Below, piece by piece: positions 58,192 through 64,000 of a stretch of 64,000 bases of DNA (position 1 is the first letter of the stretch; the number at the start of each line of letters is the position of its first letter). The stretch covers positions 15,629 to 79,628 of the forward strand of contig JAERMQ010000018.1 in assembly GCA_016844745.1 (NCBI GenBank), in the 5' to 3' direction. The translations under genes and the position numbers were made by a program. A model generated the notes under the pieces. That model saw only the letters and a program-made list of their open reading frames with translations. It was not told where the DNA came from and did not search any database. The stretch is from Ignavibacteria bacterium. GTDB taxonomy: Bacteria; Bacteroidota; Ignavibacteria; Kapaibacteriales; UBA2268.

Positions 58192-59568
58192 TTGATGAAG
58201 AAATATAAAATATTATTGGTTGATGATGAGGAATCGCAAAGGGAGGCAATAAAAGGCTTTCTCGAGGTTGAGGGATATACTGTGTTCCCGGCATTTTCCC
58301 ATTCTGAAGCTATAAAGTTATTTCAGGTTCATGATTTGGATTTAGTTCTTACGGATTTCAGGTTACTTGATAAAACGGGTTTGGATGTACTTAAAGATGT
58401 AAAATCCATAAATCCATTAGTACCCGTAATTGTTATGACAGCATTCGGGACTATTGACAGCGCAGTTAATTTAATGAAACAAGGCGCTTTCGATTATCTT
58501 CAAAAGCCAATCGAGTTAGATGAGTTGCTTCTTTCAATACAGAAATGTGAAGAACTATCTTATCTGAAATCCGAAAATAAGCAGTTGAAAGAACTTTTAT
58601 CCGAAAAATTCTCATTCGAATCAATAATTTCCCAAAGCGGTGAGATGGAATCAATTCTTAGTATGGCAACCAGGGTAGCAAATTCAAAGGCAACCGTATT
58701 GGTCAGGGGAGAAAGCGGTACCGGCAAGGAATTGATTGCAAGAGCCATCCACTTTGCTTCCGATAGGAAAGATAAACCATTTATTGTTGTTAATTGTGCA
58801 GCAATGCCGGAAACATTATTTGAAAGCGAATTATTCGGTCATGAAAAAGGAGCTTTTACCGGCGCTGAGAGGCAAAGACTCGGGAAATTCGAATTAGCTT
58901 CTCAAGGTACATTATTTATCGATGAAGTTGGTGATATACCTGCTGCAATACAGGTCAAATTGCTCCGGGCGATTCAATTCGGTCAGTTTGAGCGGCTCGG
59001 TGGAAATAAAGTTATTAATACCGATGTTAGAATAATCACTGCTACTAACCGAAATCTTGAAGAAATGATTCGTAAAAATGAGTTCAGGGAAGATTTATAT
59101 TATAGATTCAATGTAGTACCGATTTTCATTCCTCCTTTGAGAGCTCGTAAAGTCGATATTCCCGTCCTGACAAATTATTTTATAAAAAAATATGCTGCTC
59201 AGAATGAAAAAGAAGTCAAATCAATATCAAAAGAAGCTATGAATGCCCTAATGAAATATGATTTCCCCGGTAATATTCGCGAGCTTGAGAATATGCTCCA
59301 AAGATCTGTGGTACTTACCCGGAATAATTTTATTTCAATAAATGATTTACCCAATCATATTACCGAACCTGCTTATTTTGAAAATAAAGACCTCGATTTG
59401 GAAAATCTCGAAATAGGCGATATGTCAAGAAAAGTTGAAGAGTTAGAGAAAGCGCTTATTGAATTGGCTCTGAAGAAAACCGGCGGCGTTCAGGTGAAAG
59501 CAGCCGAACTTCTGAATATCTCCGATAGGATGTTCAGGTATAAATTTAAAAAATATAAGGGTGGATAA
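58192..59568 (+). CDS. sigma-54-dependent response regulator (REC + AAA+ activator + Fis-type HTH), NtrC family
   Basis: 'LLVDDE...D' receiver, 'GESGTGKE', 'GAFTGA', the 'ESELFGHEKGAF' GAFTGA-loop region, and a C-terminal HTH. Confidence 0.9.
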   Translation: MMKKYKILLVDDEESQREAIKGFLEVEGYTVFPAFSHSEAIKLFQVHDLDLVLTDFRLLDKTGLDVLKDVKSINPLVPVIVMTAFGTIDSAVNLMKQGAFDYLQKPIELDELLLSIQKCEELSYLKSENKQLKELLSEKFSFESIISQSGEMESILSMATRVANSKATVLVRGESGTGKELIARAIHFASDRKDKPFIVVNCAAMPETLFESELFGHEKGAFTGAERQRLGKFELASQGTLFIDEVGDIPAAIQVKLLRAIQFGQFERLGGNKVINTDVRIITATNRNLEEMIRKNEFREDLYYRFNVVPIFIPPLRARKVDIPVLTNYFIKKYAAQNEKEVKSISKEAMNALMKYDFPGNIRELENMLQRSVVLTRNNFISINDLPNHITEPAYFENKDLDLENLEIGDMSRKVEELEKALIELALKKTGGVQVKAAELLNISDRMFRYKFKKYKGG

Positions 59569-59917
59569 AGTTATGAAAAGGTTTTTCCCAATCACCGGAA
59601 AAGTATTATTTATACTGATTTTGACTTTGGTCACATACGGTATAACCTATTCGCAATCCGGCAAATCAACCGGAATAGCAAAGAAGAATAAAAAGAAATC
59701 AGAAAAAGTTACCGATTCCTGCTATTCTAAATCCATAAATGATTCATGTATGCACTGGAAGGGAAATAAAGGATTTTGCAAGGATGGTAAACAACCATGC
59801 AGAATGAGGGACAAATTTATCGATAACGACAGCGATGGTATTAACGACGAACGATGTATGGGATTAGGATTGGGAAATAAACACAGAAAAGGAAAATGCT
59901 GTGAAAAGAAAAAATGA
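59561..59917 (+). CDS. small secreted Cys-rich protein with one 'FIDNDSDGINDERC' Ca-binding-like motif
   Basis: Signal peptide. Overlaps the response-regulator stop by 8 nt, implying translational coupling. Confidence 0.45.
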   Translation: MDKVMKRFFPITGKVLFILILTLVTYGITYSQSGKSTGIAKKNKKKSEKVTDSCYSKSINDSCMHWKGNKGFCKDGKQPCRMRDKFIDNDSDGINDERCMGLGLGNKHRKGKCCEKKK

Positions 59918-60270
59918 TTTTCTATTTTGTTAAAAATTTTACAACAAAAAATTATACAGAATTTAATTCTACAATTTAAAAAAATATAAAAACCTCCCAA
60001 AATAATCACACAAAAATGATTATTCAATGAAAGAAATATGAATTAATTTCAATAAGAAATTAACTTCAATTCACTTAAATCATTCTTTTTTCTTATTTTT
60101 TATTCTTCAATTAGAAAACAAATGAATTATTAGAATTAACTAATATATTATTAAGTATTATCTAATTTATATATTATCAATAACTTACAAGGTGAAATTA
60201 TTTTGTTATTAATTTCACAATCTATATTTTTGTATTGTTAAATTGTAGATTTTAAAATATAGGTAATAAA

Positions 60271-60723
60271 ATGAAAATACATAATGAAATTGAGATTGAT
60301 AATAATACACCACTGTATGCTATTGGTGTTGTTGCTCAATTATTGGATGTTTCAGTCCATGTAATCAGGATGTATGAAATGGAAGGTTTGATTATTCCTT
60401 TCAAAAAGGATTCCCGGCACCGGCTTTATTCAAATAATGATATAACCCGGCTTAAGTGTATTCGCAGTGGCATTAATGAACACAAACTTTCAATAGCTTC
60501 CATTAAAACACTTTATTCAATGATACCCTGCTGGAGTATTAAAAATTGTTCTCCCGAAGAAAGAAATGTATGCGAAGCATTTTCAGGTAGTAATTTGCCC
60601 TGTTGGAGTTATAAGCATAAAAATAATCTGTGCGAATTGCAGGAATGTAAGAATTGCGAAGTTTACACTAATCATACCAATTGTGAAAGTATTAAAGACT
60701 CAATAAAACTGGCAACGAGGTAA
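60271..60723 (+). CDS. MerR-family HTH regulator with Cys-rich C-terminal domain (9 Cys)
   Basis: 'YAIGVVAQLLDVSVHVIRMYEMEGLI' MerR HTH, and 'CWSIKNC...C...CWSYK...C...C..C...C'. Confidence 0.6.
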   Translation: MKIHNEIEIDNNTPLYAIGVVAQLLDVSVHVIRMYEMEGLIIPFKKDSRHRLYSNNDITRLKCIRSGINEHKLSIASIKTLYSMIPCWSIKNCSPEERNVCEAFSGSNLPCWSYKHKNNLCELQECKNCEVYTNHTNCESIKDSIKLATR

Positions 60724-60725
60724 AA

Positions 60726-62936
60726 ATGAATTCATTGTCAAGACGGAAATTCCTTCAAATCTCAGGCTCAACCTTTGCCGCAGCCTCTGCCATCGGAGCA
60801 TTGGGCTATGCTGCAAAAGGCTCGCTGGCACTTGCCGAAGAGAAGAAGGAATCCGGCATTAAAAAAATACCGACTTATTGTAATTTATGTTTTTGGAAAT
60901 GCGGCGCAATTGCCTGGCTGAAAGACGGTCAATTGTGGAAAATAACAGGCAATCCATTAGACCCTCTCAGTAACGGAAGATTATGCCCGAGAGGCACAGG
61001 CGGAATAGGAACCAATACAGATCCCAACAGGCTCAAAGCTCCACTAATTCGCACAAAGAAAAGGGGAGAGGATGCATGGAGTGTTGTAACATGGGACGAA
61101 GCTCTCAATTATATTGCCGGGAAATTAAATAAAATAAAGAGCGAGTTAGGTCCAGAATCAGTTGCTTTGTTTAGCCATGGAATAGGGGGAAATTTTATTA
61201 AACATACTTTCTTAGCTTACGGCACACCACACATCTTCGCACCATCCTATGCCCAATGCCGTGGACCCCGCGATGTGGGATTTGAACTAACATTTGGAGA
61301 AGGAATAGGTTCGCCTGAACGCACAGATATAAAAAATACAAGATGTATGGCTCTTATCGGCTCGCATTTAGGCGAAAACATGCATAATTCACAGGTTCAG
61401 GAATTGTCAGTTGCCGTTGATAATGGTGCTTCAATCATCGTTGTTGACCCACGGTTCTCAATCGTAGCAGGAAAAGCAAAATATTACCTGCCTATCAAGC
61501 CCGGAACCGATATGGCGTTATTATTAGCATGGGCTAATGTTATAATCAAAGAAAAAAAATATGATGTCGAATTTGTCGAGCTATATGGTTTGGGATTCGA
61601 GCAGTTCGCCGCTTCCGTAGCTCAATATACTCCGGAATGGGCATATACCGAAACAGGAATCGAACCACAACTAATTATTGAAACGGCGTTGGAATTGGCT
61701 CGCAATAAGCCAGCTTCTTTCATTCATCCGGGCAGACATACAACCTGGTATGGCGACGATACTCAAAGAAGCCGTACAATTGCTTTAGTCAATGCTTTGC
61801 TTGGTAACTGGAATCATAAAGGCGCCTTTTTCAAGCCTGTGAAGTTGAAAGTTCCGTCATATCCTTACCCTGATTATCCCGAATCGACAAGAGGCAGGGC
61901 TGATAATCCTGGCAAGAAATATCCCTGGGCGGGTGAAGACGAAGGATTGACGAACGGTATCCGTGAAGCTACAATAACTGGCAAGCCATATCCAATAAAG
62001 GCTTGGGTAACATACTCAACTAATTTAATTAATGCACTACCAAATCAACAGGAGACTATCAAGGCAATTCAGAATCTTGATTTAATGGTTGCAATTGATA
62101 TTTTGCCAAGTGAAATTGCAGGCTGGGCAGATGTTGTTCTTCCCGAAGCAACCTACTTAGAAAGATTCGATGATTTGCACAGTTCGCCATTTACGACCCC
62201 GTTTCTTGGAATTCGTCAGCCGGCAGTTAAACCACCGGAAGATCAAAAGCCAGGTTGGTGGATAGCAAAAAAATTAGCTGATAAATTAGGATTAGGTCAA
62301 TATTTCCCCTGGAAAGATATTGAAGAATATTTGAAATACAGAGTTGAAAGCGCAGGTTTATCTTATGATGAACTAAAAGAAAACGGTATTATTCTTGGTG
62401 AAAAATTGCCTAATTATGTAGAAGAAGGATTAGAGCAATCATTTCCCACACCAAGCGGAAAGGTTGAATTCTATTCACCTCAGTTAGAAGAAAAAGGATT
62501 TCCACCGATACCTGTATATACAAAACATGAGAATCCGCATGACGGTTATTTCAGACTGCTTTTCGGAAGAACGCCGGTTCATACATTCAGCTTCACCCAG
62601 TCAAATCCTATTCTTCAGGAAATGTTCGAAGAAAACGAAGTATGGATTAATGCCGATATTGCAAAATCATATAACCTTAAATCAGGAGATTACATCAAAC
62701 TAAAAAATCAGGATGGTGTTGTTTCAAACAAGCTGAAAGTCAGGGCAACTGAACGTATCCGAACTGATTGTGTCTATATGGTTCACGGATTCGGACATCA
62801 ATCTAAGGCTTTAAAGACAACATACAATAAAGGAGCAAATGATGCTCAATTAGTAACAAAATATAAAATTGACCCGATAATGGGCGGGACTGGGATGAAC
62901 GTGAATTTCGTTACATTTATTCAGGAGGGTGTATAA
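60726..62936 (+). CDS. molybdopterin oxidoreductase catalytic subunit, PsrA/PhsA/TtrA/ArrA-like (Tat-exported)
   Basis: 'RRKFLQISGSTFAAASAIG' Tat signal. C-x2-C-x3-C-x28-C cluster; 736 aa. Confidence 0.8.
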   Translation: MNSLSRRKFLQISGSTFAAASAIGALGYAAKGSLALAEEKKESGIKKIPTYCNLCFWKCGAIAWLKDGQLWKITGNPLDPLSNGRLCPRGTGGIGTNTDPNRLKAPLIRTKKRGEDAWSVVTWDEALNYIAGKLNKIKSELGPESVALFSHGIGGNFIKHTFLAYGTPHIFAPSYAQCRGPRDVGFELTFGEGIGSPERTDIKNTRCMALIGSHLGENMHNSQVQELSVAVDNGASIIVVDPRFSIVAGKAKYYLPIKPGTDMALLLAWANVIIKEKKYDVEFVELYGLGFEQFAASVAQYTPEWAYTETGIEPQLIIETALELARNKPASFIHPGRHTTWYGDDTQRSRTIALVNALLGNWNHKGAFFKPVKLKVPSYPYPDYPESTRGRADNPGKKYPWAGEDEGLTNGIREATITGKPYPIKAWVTYSTNLINALPNQQETIKAIQNLDLMVAIDILPSEIAGWADVVLPEATYLERFDDLHSSPFTTPFLGIRQPAVKPPEDQKPGWWIAKKLADKLGLGQYFPWKDIEEYLKYRVESAGLSYDELKENGIILGEKLPNYVEEGLEQSFPTPSGKVEFYSPQLEEKGFPPIPVYTKHENPHDGYFRLLFGRTPVHTFSFTQSNPILQEMFEENEVWINADIAKSYNLKSGDYIKLKNQDGVVSNKLKVRATERIRTDCVYMVHGFGHQSKALKTTYNKGANDAQLVTKYKIDPIMGGTGMNVNFVTFIQEGV

Positions 62937-63475
62937 TGGCTCGTTACGGAATGGCGATTGATACTAAAAAATGCGTTGGCTGCATGGATTGCGTCGTTGC
63001 CTGCAAAACGGAAAATAACGTACCGGAAGGCTACAACAGGGATTGGATAACGAATGAAACTGCTGGAAAATTCCCGGCATTGCGGCAGGAAATCAGGACG
63101 GAAAGATGCAACCAATGTGATAATCCACCCTGCGTTTATTGCTGCCCAACGGGAGCAAGTCATATTTCCGATACCGGAGGTATTGTTATGATAGATAAGA
63201 ATAAATGTATCGGATGTAAAGCATGTTTAGCGGCATGTCCCTATAATGCGAGGTTCGTTCATCCCGAAGGCTTCGCATCGAAATGCACTTTCTGCGAGCA
63301 AAGGGTTATTCAGGGAGAAAAGCCAGCCTGCGTTGAAGTATGTCCGACATATTGTATGAATTTCGGTGATTTGGACGACCCGCTAAGCATTGTAAGCCAG
63401 CTTATTTCGAAAAGACCAAATCATGCGTTGCTTCCTCCTGCCGGCACCAAACCACAAATATTTTATTTAACGTGA
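62936..63475 (+). CDS. 4Fe-4S electron-transfer subunit (PsrB/NrfC-like)
   Basis: 'KKCVGCMDCVVACKTENN' and three further Cys clusters. The start overlaps the catalytic-subunit stop. Confidence 0.85.
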   Translation: MARYGMAIDTKKCVGCMDCVVACKTENNVPEGYNRDWITNETAGKFPALRQEIRTERCNQCDNPPCVYCCPTGASHISDTGGIVMIDKNKCIGCKACLAACPYNARFVHPEGFASKCTFCEQRVIQGEKPACVEVCPTYCMNFGDLDDPLSIVSQLISKRPNHALLPPAGTKPQIFYLT

Positions 63476-63486
63476 GGAATCAAAAA

Positions 63487-64000
63487 TGCACGAATTATTA
63501 AATTCAAGACACAATCTGCAAATAGACCCTCAACTTCATATCTGGGGATGGGAAATTGCAGTATATTTATTCTTAGGCGGCTTGGTTGCAGGTATTATGA
63601 TTATTTCCGGTTATTTTATCTTTAAAGGAAGAGCAAAAAATACCGGCTGTTCCTGTCATAATACACCGTTTATAGCATTAATAGCAATCACATTAGGTAT
63701 GCTTGCATTATTCCTCGACCTGGAACATAAACTCTACTTCTGGAGGGTATATCTTAGCTTCAAGGTTACTTCGCCAATGTCCTGGGGAAGCTGGATTTTA
63801 TTATTGGTTTATCCGATTTTAGTATTCAATACTTTAATTAAACTGCCGCATTGGTTATCAAAGATTTTCCCAATACTTAAAAAATTATCAGAAAAAATCA
63901 ATAATAATTTATCATTAATAAAATTCGCAGGCTTGTTCAGTATGGTGATTGGAACAGCATTGGGAATGTACACCGGGATATTATTAAGCACATTATCGGC
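63487..64000 (+). CDS. NrfD/PsrC-family membrane quinol-oxidising anchor subunit (5' partial, runs off window)
   Basis: ATG at 63487 opens a hydrophobic multi-TM ORF ('WEIAVYLFLGGLVAGIMI...'). Absent from the ORF track because there is no stop codon inside the window. Confidence 0.65.

Overview
This is a low-GC window (about one-third G+C by eye) that looks like a chromosomal segment from an FCB-group bacterium, either Bacteroidota or Ignavibacteriota-like. Many secreted proteins end in a Type IX secretion C-terminal sorting domain, and there are no obvious Shine-Dalgarno sequences.

Gene content from start to end:
- **Housekeeping and accessory (0.5-8.8 kb):** an alpha-amylase-family enzyme, a HicB/HicA toxin-antitoxin pair, yajC, a polysaccharide deacetylase, ribBA, greA, a retropepsin-like protease, prmC and tRNA-Pro(CGG).
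- **Molybdoenzyme operon (8.9-17.1 kb, minus strand):** moeA, a MOSC-domain gene, moaA, an AhpD-like gene, a TorD-like chaperone, a 4Fe-4S subunit and a catalytic subunit. The catalytic subunit has both a twin-arginine signal and a T9SS C-terminal domain, and the operon has no membrane anchor.
- **T9SS cargo and lipoproteins (17.5-25.7 kb):** BNR-repeat and unknown-function secreted proteins.
- **Cu/Ag efflux cluster (25.8-34.6 kb):** a CusB-like adaptor with two metal-binding modules, a TolC-like channel, CusA with a Met/Ser-rich insertion, a His-rich metal chaperone and a histidine kinase.
- **Copper/redox cluster (34.7-42.2 kb):** a Tat multicopper oxidase, two CuA-type cupredoxins (one fused to cytochrome c), a NapH-like polyferredoxin, a Cyc2-like fused cytochrome-porin and a monoheme cytochrome c.
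- **FHA-ABC cassette (45.1-48.7 kb):** a zinc-ribbon + FHA + ABC-ATPase + ABC-2 permease fusion (Rv1747-like), bracketed by a truncated IS1595 transposase gene and a roughly 100-bp direct repeat of its 3' end.
- **Sulfur/redox genes (50.3-54.4 kb):** thioredoxin-like TlpA, rhodanese, a roughly 10-heme cytochrome c with an in-frame TAA inside its lipoprotein signal peptide, and MarR.
- **Sigma-54 two-component locus (54.8-59.9 kb):** a histidine kinase and a sigma-54 activator, interleaved with secreted proteins made of 'F[IV]DA[ND]GDGxCDN' Ca-binding-like repeats.
- **PsrABC-like molybdoenzyme (60.3-64.0 kb):** a MerR-like regulator with a Cys-rich tail, then PsrA/PsrB/NrfD-like subunits (the last truncated at the window end).

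Intergenic space holds at least three repeat families: modular palindromic MITE-like elements with 'AATGTCATTCTGAAC' termini; hairpins with telomere-like CCCTAACCC/GGGTTAGGG arms that show compensatory covariation; and AT-rich heptanucleotide tandem repeats, one lying inside the N-terminal coding region of the TolC-like gene. No CRISPR array or rRNA is present.
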